This document shows positions 27,201-41,800 of a DNA stretch of 64,000 nucleotides, in pieces. This DNA is from Dimorphilus gyrociliatus. Taxonomy: Eukaryota; Animalia; Annelida. The DNA is taken from contig CAJFCJ010000002.1 in NCBI GenBank assembly GCA_904063045.1, positions 2,192,422-2,256,421 on the forward strand, given 5' to 3'. The position numbers and the translations under genes are program-made. How positions within the stretch are numbered: position 1 is the first letter of the stretch; every line of letters begins with the position of its first letter. Under the pieces are notes generated by a model, which was given only the letters and a program-made list of their open reading frames with translations, was not told the origin of the DNA and made no database searches.

Positions 27201-30200
27201 CTTCTTTGCATGTATCCTCAGTTAACTGCTGAAAAGAATGGACATCTACAGCTTCTATATCGGGCAAACTGCAGAGTGCTGTAGAGCTCATTTCCTCAAG
27301 CACTTGCTCAATTCGGCAATTAAGAACATCGCATGCCTGTTTGGCAAACCTTTGAACCTCATCCATTTGTTCGTAAACCTCTTTGATATACTTATCTATT
27401 GTTGTTGAGGTCCAGCTAAGTGAGGTTAGACCAGGTTCAAGGGCAGTTTGGATACGATCAAAGTAAGGTTTCATCAGAGGTTGAAGAACAGGAGGAATTT
27501 CTAACTCTAATTTTTCATACTCATTTAACATTTCGGTTAAGTCAACATAGTGTTTCTTCAATTCCTCAGCCCTGGTGCTTATGGTTATGGCAGAAGTAGG
27601 CATTTCCAAATTGAGCCTTTTCATATATTTTGCTTCCTCTATTAACTCAATGACCTGATTATCAAGATTAACAAAAAGTTTTGCAGTGTCTGGTTGACGA
27701 ACGAGTAATGAAGCTCCAAGGCCCGATTTGGCAGCTTCGACGGCTCTGAACCAAGCTCTATGATATAACATTTCGAATTCCATTAGAACAGCCGCCATTT
27801 TATTATAATTTCTAATAATTTTCTTAGTCTCCTCGCTCTGTAATAGATCTGGCTTACTTTTAAAGACTTTCATAGGATTCTCAATCCTCCTATACAATTG
27901 TCTAGCCCAAGCTATCTTACCAGTCACTGGAGGTAGATTCCAAGCAACGAAGGGCTCGCTTTTATTCCTCTGATACAATTTACGAACTGATTCTAGATCC
28001 CTTCCGTACTGCGATAGGATCTTTTCATATTTTTCCTTAAGATCTAGATTAGGCCCTCGAATATTTTCGAATTTTGTAAGTAACTCTAGAGATTTTTCCG
28101 TTGTCAATGACTTTTCGAACCACGAATCAACGAAATCAGAAATTTGCTGCTGAAGATTTTCGAATTGTTGTAAGAAATCTCCATAATCATTATCAAATTC
28201 AGTTTTTCTGTGATCAAGAATATCGTAACTTTTCTTTTTAGCGGCATCAACTAGAGTTTTATATCGTACGGCCATGGCTTCAATACCTTCGATTTTAACG
28301 TCTCCTAAGCCAGAGTAAGCTTCCATAGTATCCAACATATGAGCAATTTTCTTTAATCTTCTACAAAATGTATCAAATTTACCAAATATATAGTTTTCAC
28401 TAAATTCAAATTGCTTTTCATTGGGAGATTCTCTCAATCTTTCCTTTGTTTTATGGAATGCCTGCTGATACTTATCATTCAGCACTAAACATTCATCAAT
28501 TTGTCTTAGTAAAACGTCTCTTGGTTTATCCCATATTTTAGTGTAACCGTCACGTACATATGCTTTACAGGTTGTTATCATTTGATTAGTGACTTTAACA
28601 AAGAGTGATGTCATCCTCTCCGAGGTATTATAAAACTGAGAAATTGAATAGATCATACGAATAGCATTCATTAAACCGGGAATGTGTTCGAGCATTGTCG
28701 ATGGATTGCACTTAACCAGAGGTCCAAAGAATTTATCGAGAGTATACAAATATTTAACATTATCTTTCGCTTCATTTGCCGCATCGGTGATTCTCATATC
28801 TAATTGCCTCCATCGTTTAAGTGATTTCGATTTAGAGGCAGTTAGAACACCTAATACAGCTTTACATCTTGGACTTTTTATCTGTTCTAAAATGGTATTA
28901 AACTTTGCCATACGAGCTTTCCAATACATGAGTTCTGCATTAGGTCCTATGTCATCGGCTTCCCGCCTCATTTGCTCACTTTCGGCAAGGACTTGCTCCA
29001 TCTGTTTAGCCCAAATGGCAAGAGCTTCTTCGAATCTTTCCATCGTTTCACTATTGTTGATAACAGTTTGATAATCCGATGGTTTTTGCATGGCATCTAA
29101 TATATCAGCCATATCAGTGTCGGCTAATTCAATTTGAGTTTGCATATTCATGCGAGCTCCGTTCAATGAGCTATTAAACTTTTCTAGATTTTCCAAAAAA
29201 TCCCTTATTTGATTCTTATTGTTATCCAATTGTTGACCCCAGGATTCTTGACCCTGTAGCATAGGTATAACCACCCTGGACATCATATTTTCCAACCCTA
29301 ATAGAACATTTCCGTTTGAACAATCTAGCCACCCAAAAGATACATCTGTGGTTATATTTTGGGTAGTGACAGCCTTCTCAGTTGATGACCTAAGGAAATA
29401 GTAGCAGATTCCCTTAGCTCCTTCATTAAGACCATCTGTAAGGAAGACCTTCTTAACTGTTTGACCTGCAGCTCCTGCGTTGCCAGCTCCCATACTAGCA
29501 ACGTCTGTACCTCGAGTATAATGGGATTCTTTCTAAAATAAATGGTAAAGCAGGCAAGAATATGTTAATAAAAGACAGTTAATTACTTCCATTAATATGA
29601 ATAAAGAAAAGGCAATTAAAACTACTCACCATCACTTCCTGGTAAAAAAAGATCAATTTTCTCGATCCATTAGCCGAAAAGAACGGTTCAATAAGATCAA
29701 ATCGATCATCCGAGATCATAAACTCCTCAATCTGACCTTGGTCAATTCCAATTGCATCGGCCAATTTAGAGGCCAAAAAACCATGTCTAGCATCCATCTA
29801 ATTATAAGAAGAAGATAAAGATTATATAATATGTTATCTTAAAAAACTAAACCTTTTCTATGCGAAAAAGATTAATAAATCGCCAAAAAAAATAATAATA
29901 GGAGAATTAAGCAAAGAATTGAACAACGACATAAAACATATCCGTACTTGATTCTTAACGAAATCATAGAAACAATGAACAAATCGCTGAATATATAAAT
30001 TTATATATATACTATATATATATATATATTTAATATATTTTTAATAGGTCAGACTAATTAGAATATAATTTAAGTTTACTAAATAATTATACTCTTTTCC
30101 TAAACTACACTAAATCAATGCGAGAAAAACACAAAAGCGATTGAATGCAGGGATTGCATTCTTTTTTCTTTTCTTTTTTTTAATGCATGCAACTAATCCC

Positions 30201-31046
30201 TCGTTCAAATGTGGTTGTTCTTGTACAAGATAGAAAAAAATACTTATACACAGAATATATATATATATATACAGTATATATATATATTAACTTTATTAAA
30301 CAACACTTATATCATACCACCTCCTTTTTTAGTGTTTGCATAATTTAAATATTTTAAATAAATTGATATAAGAGAAAAAAAGAAGTATATAGTTTTTTAT
30401 TATAAGCCTTTTTCTATATTTTAATATTTGCTTAAGGTTTAATTTACTACTTTTGTTAACGTTAGCCGAATTATGATTAAGTATAAGATTTTTTTTCTTA
30501 CTCTTTCCTTTTATCATTATATAAATAGTTATATATTTTATTTGTTATCTACCTCTCTCCCGTTCCTTCTCACTCTTCCCTATCCCCTATACACCCTCTC
30601 TCTTCTTACCTGCATTCTCCTTTCTTCTTTATTAGCTTTTGCTTGTTTAGCCATCTCTCGCATTGCTTCGTTCGAGAGGACGACGTTCTTTTTACCACCC
30701 GCGGCCTATTTGTATTAAAGATTATATGATTTTTATCTTTTATAAGCTATTTCTTTTCGTAATTGATTCTCTTACTTGTCTTTGATTCTGTTGTTGAGCT
30801 GCCATAGACATACGCCGGGTTTCGTTTTGCTTCTGTTGAGGCGGTTGCTTAGTTCCATCTTCTTCTGTTGAACAGTAGAAAGAGTATAGTTGTCGAGAGT
30901 TAATTAGGAATTGTATTCGTTAAATAAAATCGTTGAAATTTATAATTACTTTTAGAAATTAAAGGCGGTGAAACTTGATCCTGGTCTGGTTTTGGGCTCG
31001 GCGTTTTGTTCGCCTCCTTCTCGGACGGTCGAACTTCGTCCGCCAT
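15239..31046 (-). CDS. DNAH5: Axonemal outer-arm dynein heavy chain, DNAH5/DNAH8 type
   Basis: P-loops [24 protein letters not shown] and GVGGSGKQ; N-terminus ..[14 protein letters not shown].. resembles DNAH5 as recalled. Manual model: ATG 31046, small 5' exons, a ~2.8-kb exon ending at 26740, microexons 26637-26611 and 26541-26503, then 26330-26043, 25976-20870 and 20469-15239. DNAH5 versus DNAH8 cannot be resolved without a tree. Confidence 0.92.
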
Positions 31047-31093
31047 GTTTGTATTCTAGACGACGATTGGCACTTTGTTAAAAGCGGCCGTTC

Positions 31094-31106
31094 GTGGCTT
31101 AGTAAC
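31094..31106. promoter_or_regulatory. RFX X-box-like motif upstream of the dynein ATG
   Basis: GTGGCTTAGTAAC, about 48 nt upstream of the ATG; fits GTNRCY(N0-3)RGYAAC. Another half-site GTTGCTAT lies at about 31139. Confidence 0.5.
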
Positions 31107-31942
31107 GAACATAAACAAATTCGATTGTTACTGCTGTTGTTGCTATATCGTTACCACGCTCGTAAAGGTGCATAGGCTTTTACGGCAACCTATTAGGCCT
31201 ATAAATCATTTTCATGTTAACTTTACGTTTTGAGAAAGAGGGATTAATTTGTTTTTTGTCGTAAAATTTATTGTTTTTTTTATTAAAGCAAAACAAAATG
31301 GAAACTTAAAAAAAAAAATATAATTAACGATATTATTTAGTTAATTAATGAAAATAAACAAATTAGAAATTAGTTGTAAGTAATCGAAATGGTTTAGAGA
31401 GGACATTGATTTTTCTCAACGTTCCATGAAATGAGGAAAAACCTAAGAGCATTTGTAAATAGTTAACTATTTATACATCCGTTCCCTTCCTGAATATCTT
31501 TCAGCATAGTAAATATTAAGGTACAAACAAACAAAAAAAAAATACGTTATAAGGTCAACTAACAGCGTAAGACAAATTAGAAAGTAAAAATAAAGAGAAG
31601 GGTAAAAAAAGTAGGCTAAAGAAAAAATATATCGAAGAGTCAAAAGCAATGAACAAAAGAGAGAATAAAATAGAAGAATGGAAAGAGAAATAGAAGTAAA
31701 TAATTGACAATTATTAAAAATGAATTAATTTTCTTTTTATGATAGGTTAGTTTATTAAAAGAGATGGTATCTTCTATTTTAGTTTATTCGTTGATTTCCG
31801 TTGAGTAACAATAGATAATGATAACTAGATGTAAACAAACAAAGATATTTAAATATAGTATACTATTCATATACTCTAACAATTTCTTTTATACTGTGTA
31901 TATATATATATACATATATATTGTATATCACATATAGCTATA

Positions 31943-33858
31943 TCATAGACTAATACCGGATTCGCTAAGTATGTATCTAGCTATATCAGCGAATATTGTA
32001 TTTGAATTTTTCAAATTTTCTTCATTCAATAACTCGGGTGGAGTTGGTAAAGTCCAATGAAAGGCAAAAGCATCTTCTTTCCAATTTTTTATTGATTCCG
32101 AATTAAGATGATGAATACTTTCATTATGATAATTTTTCCAATAAGTCGGATGGCATTTATATTCAAAACATGTTATTTGTAACTTTGGATCTATTTTTAG
32201 CAAGTTCGGATGTAATTCTTTCAGTCTATATGGAAATCTAAGACCGTTGAATGACCAATCTTTGTCTATAAACCAGGACATGGATTTTTGAAATAATTTC
32301 CAATATTTTGCTCCCCGTTTTCCTGCTGTTACTCCAAAGTTAATTGTATCGGGCCACGGGTCATTCCAATAAGTCCAATCATATGTGGCGACTGCATCGT
32401 AAGATCTAATTGAGTTTAAGAACCGAGTTAATAAATTTACTCATTGAGTATTGTATTATGTAAAGAATACTTGGTAATCGATTACTAAAAAATACCTTAA
32501 TTCTCTTGTTAACGGTCGAACAAACGCAGTATCTGTATCCACATAAATTCCTCCATATTTTACCATAAAATCAACTCTCCAAACGTCTGTCATATGGCTA
32601 ACTATATTGACATCATTTCCATAAACTGCTTTAGGATTTTCCCTATATATGTGGCGAAGTTTAGGATTGTGTTTTACTTTATACCAATAGGGACCACTGG
32701 GTGGTAAATCTCCATGAATATAGACCATATCCACCTACAATATAAAAGATGCAAATTATATCACTAATAGGTATAATATGTTAGTTTTATCAGACCTTTG
32801 CAACATAAATTAAGCTTAAAACTCCCAAATAGAATAAAAAATCCATTTTGCCACCACCCAACCAAACAATATGAGCAATATTTGGTATTAATTCTCTGTC
32901 ATCTTCAATGGGAACTGCAATTTTCGGACTTCCATATAATATATTTCTAACTTCCCTGGAAAATTTGGTCTTAGTCTCCCAAATATCCTTTGGAAATAGT
33001 ACACGCGGCGTACTACTGCAAAGAATACGTTTATTATATTTTGAGACGCTTTGCAACTCTTCATAGGTATGACATTTGGCCATTCTAGTTTTCAGCTTTT
33101 TATCCTATTATGAGAGGAGGGAGAGGGAAATTAATGATTAGAAATGTATTTAAATCGAATTGGATTAGTTAATTTATGAAAATAAACACCTTAAGTAATT
33201 CGAGAAAATTTCTTCTTCCTGGTAAATTGTATCTTGCTAATAGAAATCCTGTTCTATTTTTGAAATTTATAGCATCAATAAAATGATATTTTCTAAGAAC
33301 TAAAGGAAAATATGTTATTAATGTATTTTCTCCAATAAATAATCCTCCCATTTCACTTAATCTATTTAATATCCATGGTATATTGTACACTTTGTGAGAT
33401 GCACATGCCGATTTTGTTTCAATTAGTTTAAAAAATGGATATTCTTTTTTGATATAATCAATCCAATTGTTATATAACCATCTGTCTAAAACTGGATAGT
33501 TATCATAATAAAAGTAGACATTGTCAGGGTTAAGATTCTTTATTGCGCTTATCACGCTCAGATAATGACTAAATTCAAACCACCTCTTTCCACACCACAC
33601 GTAGAAAATATTATTTGGTGCTATATCTGATGCCAGTACAGTTTTAGAATTTTCAACTAAAATCTCCTGCGGTACATTCTTTGGTTCAGGATGAATATCA
33701 ACCAATGGGTGAAGATGTAAATCCATATAAGTTCTTTCATCTTGTGATCTTGTATTCTTTGATTTTGTGCATTGAGGATAAGGATAAATGAAAAGGATAA
33801 TTAATCCGAAAATAACAAAAGGAGGAAAAAGAATTTTAAATCGACTAGACCGGAACAT
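31943..33858 (-). CDS. Type II membrane glycosyltransferase with two tandem GT32/DxD-type (alpha-1,4-transferase-like) domains
   Basis: ATG 33858, N-terminal TM (ILFPPFVIFGLIILFIYPY), domain 1 APNNIFYVW..GGLFIGENT, domain 2 IPNIAHIVW..DVWRVDFMVKYGGIYVDTD; four coding exons joined in frame. Confidence 0.8.
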
Positions 33859-34036
33859 TATGCGCACGATTCCATGCACACCTCCTAGACTCTTTAATAT
33901 TGACACGTCTAATAGTAAAAAAGACCAACAAAAGAAAGAGGAATTCTTAAATAGTGGCGCCCTCAATACCTGAATGCGTGTTCAACGAATAAAACAAACT
34001 ATGTTTCTATTTATTTAAACCTTAATATATTGTTTA

Positions 34037-34612
34037 TTATTTATTGTCCTTTTTATAAATATCGTCTCTTTCATTCCTATTATCCTTATTAATTTTAATC
34101 GCTATTTCATCTTTCACAGCTGATTTTGCAACACTTTCCCTCAGTTGATAGCAAGCCATATGTAAATCTTTCATATTAATATCAGGCCTAGTTATAGATT
34201 TTGTTTTTCTTCTATTAGATTTTTTTGCTAACTTCTTTCGCCAAAATATCCATAGTATAGTTAATAATGTTGAACCAACTATTAATAATGAAATACCTAA
34301 TATGGCAAGTTGAGAATTTCCCGAAGATTTGGATATCTTTCTATGTAAAGCTTGAAAGTTATTCGAATGAACTTGAGTAGTATTAATGTTATTTTCATAA
34401 GTTGCTAATAAAAGTTAGTTTTTTTTTTTTAAAAAAAAAAAGAAAAAAAAATATCGTTCATTTTTTTTTATTTATTTTATCTAACTTTTATTAAAAAACA
34501 TTGAAACATTTGAATATTTTAAAGAATGTGATAAATCATTTGTTTTGACAATATTTTTTAAATTAGTTATAGATAATAAACATAATAATGTAACATATGC
34601 CAAAACAATCAT
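34037..34612 (-). CDS. Orphan 164-aa type I single-pass membrane protein (absent from the ORF track as a whole)
   Basis: Exon 34612-34486 (signal peptide MIVLAYVTLLCLLSIT), phase-1 GT-AG intron 34485-34405 and exon 34404-34037; N-glycosylation sequons NVS, NKT, NTT; TM LAILGISLLIVGSTLLTILWIFW followed by RKKLAKK. Confidence 0.7.
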
Positions 34613-34765
34613 ATTGTAGGAAAAGTTGAATGTAAAGTTTTTCTTTTGAAAACAAAAATTTGAATTAATAATTATCATCAATATTATAAACTTACGATAT
34701 GAAAATTACAAGAGAACTTAGAAATCAGACGGATATCATCTTGACAATACACTGACCTTGAACTC

Positions 34766-34939
34766 TTCCGCCAATAGAATAAATCTACAGTTAATCTGAA
34801 ATTTGAAAAATTATGCGCAACCTAAGAATTGCCTCATCAAAAGCAGACGACATTTAATTGGTCAAAGTTTTATATTTTCAATATAAAATCAAGTTTGCGG
34901 TATTAGCTTTAGTGTATTCTTTATATTAAAATCGCCAAA
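34766..34939. promoter_or_regulatory. E2F-like motifs in the DHFR / orphan-TM divergent promoter
   Basis: Minus-strand TTGGCGGAA (34774-34766) and TTTGGCG (34939-34933). DHFR is a classical E2F target, but these motifs are short. Confidence 0.3.
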
Positions 34940-34957
34940 GAGTAAAAAAGAGAAAGG

Positions 34958-36883
<1,926 letters not shown>

Positions 36884-37222
36884 TTATATTAAATACAGAC
36901 ATGCGTTTTTCTAAAAATATTTATCAGGCTAAAAATAGAATTTAATTATAAATTTTTTACTAATATCCTCTGAAAACATTATATTACTTAATATTTCATA
37001 TTTTCGTATGAAATTTCTATATTTTATCAGTTAAATAAGGCGTTTGAAAGATATTTCTTAGTTTAAATCAACAATAATTCGCTACTAGATGGCGGTTATT
37101 TCTGACAGGAAATCAAATTTTTGACTGAGTCCTAATTCCGAGTGTTTTTCCTTATAGTTTGTGTTTTTTGTTTTTCCACTTTTTTCCTGTTCTCACTTTC
37201 TTATTTGATATTTACAATTCAA

Positions 37223-37961
37223 ATGCCAGGACGAGGAAGAGGAAAAATGGCCGATAGATCGGAAGAACAGAAACACGCTGCGGGAGATAATAAAAATTTT
37301 CCAGCATCTACAGCAGTGAGTGATAATACAAGAAAATTATGTCGCCTGTCCGTTACTAAAAATTGAATTTTATATTAGCAGATGGATTCTTTAGCAACGA
37401 AAATTCAGAATTTAGATTTAAGTAATGCGAAGCAGTCAGATTTTGACACATTTCAGCAGGTTGCGATGAACATTGATGGATTTGATAAAGAAATGGTTGA
37501 CGTCATTGCCGGAAACCTTTTCAATTTTGTGTCAAAGAATTGGTTATTAGCCGAAAACGCTTCTCATTTATGTAAAGCCCTGTGTTCTTCAGATTCGCAA
37601 TTTTCAGATGATTTCAGAGCTATATTTTTGACTAAATTACAAGCAGGCTACATGGGTTTGTTGATTTCATTAAAAAATATATTGTTTACCTGTTTTTTCT
37701 TGAAAAAAAATTAATCTTCAGCACGAGCCGAGCAGCGAAATACGGACATTGGTCTGGGTTATGCTGCAATTTTATGCCAGTTTTATGCAAACGTGTTTTT
37801 AAAGGATGGATCGCGGATCTCAACTCTGATTCAGCCTATACTAGACACTTTACATATGCTGACGGATTGGAACGCTACTGACCAAGAAATTTTAGTCGCC
37901 TCCAGACAACTGATGGTATGTATTATTAAAAAACAAAATTGTTTATTGTTTTAAGACTATA

Positions 37962-38018
<57 letters not shown>

Positions 38019-38275
38019 GTATTATCTTATAATTAGGCCATAGGACCCCTCTTGGAAAATGAACGACGCTTGTCTGATATTTTTAGAACTATCGAAAACA
38101 GAGTTATTGATGCCACGTAAGATATTATCAAAAGTTTGCCTATTTGTGTGTTTTATAGAAAAATCGATTCTTTTTGTTTAGGGGCAGCGAAGATGCTAGA
38201 CGCAAGTTGCTAAGTGTTGTAAAGGCTAAGTCGTCCAATTGGCAGCTAAGAGAAGAAATTTTAAAGAAATGGTAA
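37223..38275 (+). CDS. MIF4G-domain protein (MIF4GD/SLIP1, CTIF or PAIP1-like)
   Basis: Five exons; helical MIF4G-like motifs FRAIFLTKLQAGY, TLIQPILDTL, IGPLLEN and RKLLSVVKAKSSNW; NAGNAG acceptor at 37378/37381. Confidence 0.7.
37965..38002. repeat. (AT)19 microsatellite in an intron of the MIF4G gene
   Basis: Perfect dinucleotide run read directly. Confidence 0.95.
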
Positions 38276-38895
38276 AATTAATTTTTGTATTTCTTAAGCA
38301 GAAACGGAAATAGTATTTCTTCCTTAATATTGTTTTGTATATTTACACATAACATATGTATTTCTGAAAATATGATAAAAGAAAAACATGAGAGCTGAAT
38401 TGCCAGGACTTAAAATTTTATATTCCTTGAATCCACGGTATAGATCTATTTAGTTTTATTGTTCGGACAAAGTCCAGCAGCTCACATTTTTCTGTAAACT
38501 ATAATTTTAAATTTCTTAAAATATCATTTATGAAATTTGAGTACTTTATGCCTCAATCTACCGTTTTCATGTCAACTTATTTCAATAGATATATTTCATT
38601 CAAAGCTTAAGATTTAATAAAACTTATAAGATAAGCTCTTCCATAAAAAATATTTTTAGCAAAAAATTTATTAAAATATTGTGTAAATGTTATTTTAATT
38701 CACAACATAAAATTTGACATTGAAAATAATGTCGTACATAGTTTTACCACAATACATACAAGAGTGGCGAACTTACTAAAACGAATAGTTAATCTTGCTT
38801 TTACATTTGTGTTATATATGTTTTTTTCTTGTTTTTCAATTTTCTACTACAGTATAGCGAGCCACTTGAAAAACACTTGTATATATTGTTTTTGC

Positions 38896-41800
38896 TCAGT
38901 GTCTTTCTCTCTTGTCGTAGACAAACAGATTAGTCATATTGGGTAGAGTCTTCTCTGACCGTAGTTTAAAACTATATTTGACAAACAGAATATGAATTAA
39001 TAATTAAGTATGAATAATAAATTGTTAGAATAGGCTTACTCTTTATTCAAATGATTGTTAAAAGTGGAGGATTCTTTCGTTGAATGAATAATTAAAGAAC
39101 CGTCTTCTTTAACCATTTCTCTCATTCTTACCAGAAAAGCTGTATTATAAGTCAAATTTGTTCGTTTTTTTCTACATAATATGTATTTTATCTTATACTA
39201 ACGCCTCTCGTCCAGATCATTGAGTAAAGATAACAATATAACATCAAAATTTTCTAATTCATTAGGGAGCCAGGACATCTGTAATTAAGAAGCTATGATT
39301 ATACATTGACAGTCGTATCTATTTTATCATTTGGGCGCATTTTTCAAACATATTTTTAGATTTTATCTAAATTACAACCGTTTGAGAAATTCAAGACAAA
39401 GTTTAGAAATGTATGTGAAATAGTTCTCTGAGATAAAAAAAAACTTATATTATTAACTACTTACTTGAATAAATATAATGTTATTCTCCTTATTTTGGAC
39501 TTGTATATCATATTCATTGTTTTCCTTATCAGTTGGAACTTTCAATATTTGACCCTCATTTAGTTTCTGGCATGCATCTATGAATCTCGATCTTCTATCT
39601 ATTGCAACAACGCTATTAAAAAACTTAGCTATATTGAAAGTAACATAGCCAGCTGAGCAGCCAAAATGTAACAGTCTTCTCTCATTTCTCTCACTATCGC
39701 TTAAATGTAGAACAGTTTGTAGTTCTCTCACAAAGCGATCGTTAACTTTAAGAATATACTCGTTCAGCAATTGTTGGTTAATTATTTTCTACAAATATTA
39801 GAGAAAATGAAGCTTTAATTTGCATTTTAAACGGTTCATTTTTACCTGTGAATTATATCTGATAAAGGTAGAAAAACTTTGCTGATATTTTCCTTTGTAA
39901 TTCTCGGTGAATTCTCCTTGATTCTCTATCATTAAAACAGCAAATGATTTACGAAGCGTTTATATTGCAATTTATCGTTTACTCTGAACACCGTATCCTA
40001 TTAAAAACAATTCATCCGAAATAAATAGCGCTGGTAGTGGAATGTCTTCAGCTTTGTCTGTAATTGAATAGGCAAGCCTAAACCCTGAGTGTTGGAAGAA
40101 ATGTCTTCTAAAGGCATATCTTGAAAATCGCGATGCTTCGTTGCCCGTTGAAGCCCATGATCCTCCCTTAAGTAAACATAAGGCTGGAGTTGTTATAAGT
40201 TCGTTTAATTTTATGTAATAGTCTTATCTACCAATATTAGATTATGTCTTCCATCAAAAGTTGGAGTGCTAAAATCTTCATATAAATGGTGTGTTTCGAA
40301 TCCAGGGAATCCGTTCATATGATCAACTAACCACTCCCAAACGTTGCCCAGTGTGTCATAAAATCCCTTAGAGTTCGACGAATATTTATTTACGGCCTAT
40401 AAAAGGAGACGGATTAAAGAATGAGCTGATTAAATATATAATTCAATATAAATTAAATGGTAACTTACGCAGCTGGAGCCATATTCAAAAGCAACGTTCG
40501 CTTCTCCCGGTTTTAGAACGTGAATTTTATCACAATCAACTGAATTATTTATCGGTATGTCTTCGCTTATAATTGAAAATTCAGCTTCGGTAGGTAATCG
40601 ATACAATGGCCCTTTCCATCGACAAAAAGCTTGAGCTTCTAAAAAATTAACTTCAACTGGCCAATCCAGTGGCATATCAACCACATCAAAAATACATCGA
40701 AATTTGTAGTCGTCCCCCGAGGAAAGATTACATCGAGAAACGGTTTGTATAGGATTGCCGCAACCAGAATTACAGCCTATCAATTCAAAGAAACAATCCT
40801 CTTAGTTTAAATTGTTTATTATAGTATTTCATTTTTACCTTTATTGCACACCCAAAACGTAGGGTGTCTAACTTTGCGAAATTCTTTCCATTGCCAGCCT
40901 TCATCTGACCAAAAATCTCTCTAGAAGTTATATTCAACTTAATTAAAAGATTCTGTCTAACTTATCAAATTATTCACCTTATCATATCCACCATCTTGAA
41001 CAAACTGTAAAAATTCTCGATTACTGATCAAGTATTGACTGGCGGCAAAAGGATCAACTCTGGAAATATCAAGATTAGATTGGAAAGTAATTCGCTATGA
41101 TGAAAACTACTCCAATTTAATTTTGCCATATTCGTTGTCCCAACCAAAAGATGGAAAATCGGTGGATTTACCCAATTCTCTTGTAGAGACCTCGCTGATT
41201 TTTATCATGTGATTTTCACCAGGTGGAGATTCACTCTTCAGTGGTGCATAGACCCATCCGTTTGGTCGGGAAACTAGATCGATAGGTAGTTGTCGTATTA
41301 GGACAGAAGAAGTTTCAATATGTATTCTTTCATGCTCTATTCCTAAAACAACTCCCCACTGTAATATAGATAAAGCACGTTAAAATACCATTCCGATTGG
41401 ATCATTAAAAATTTTTTACCCAGGGACTCTCTTTTGTAATAGGAAGTTGTAAAGGAGTCCTCTCAATAACTTTAAGAACTAAGTCTCGAACATTTTTACG
41501 ATATTCAACGACATCTTTCAATTCGGGCCATCGAAAGCTGTTTCCCATTCGAAAATGTTCCTGTAGATAGTTTCCTCTTAGTTTAATTGTTGTTGTATAA
41601 AGTTGCGAAGCAACCGAATATACAATATTTGGTCTATGCTATTTTCTATTAATTTCAAAATTATCTGACATATGTGAAGATAAAATATCAAGGGTAAACT
41701 TGAAGTAAAAACTAATACAAAGGTATTTTAGTGTAATTACCTCGGATATAATCATCTAAGCCATATTAAATATCATCTCAGAATAAAGATTATGTTTTGA

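Noticed and set aside
15741-29818. Many 60-140 aa ORFs overlapping the dynein on either strand
   Set aside because: Alternative-frame or antisense shadows with no recognisable motifs.
39201-39204. Apparent GC-AG donor in OvoA (GAG AG|gcgttag)
   Set aside because: A canonical GT donor 2 nt downstream (AGG C|gttagt) gives the phase 1 required by the next acceptor.
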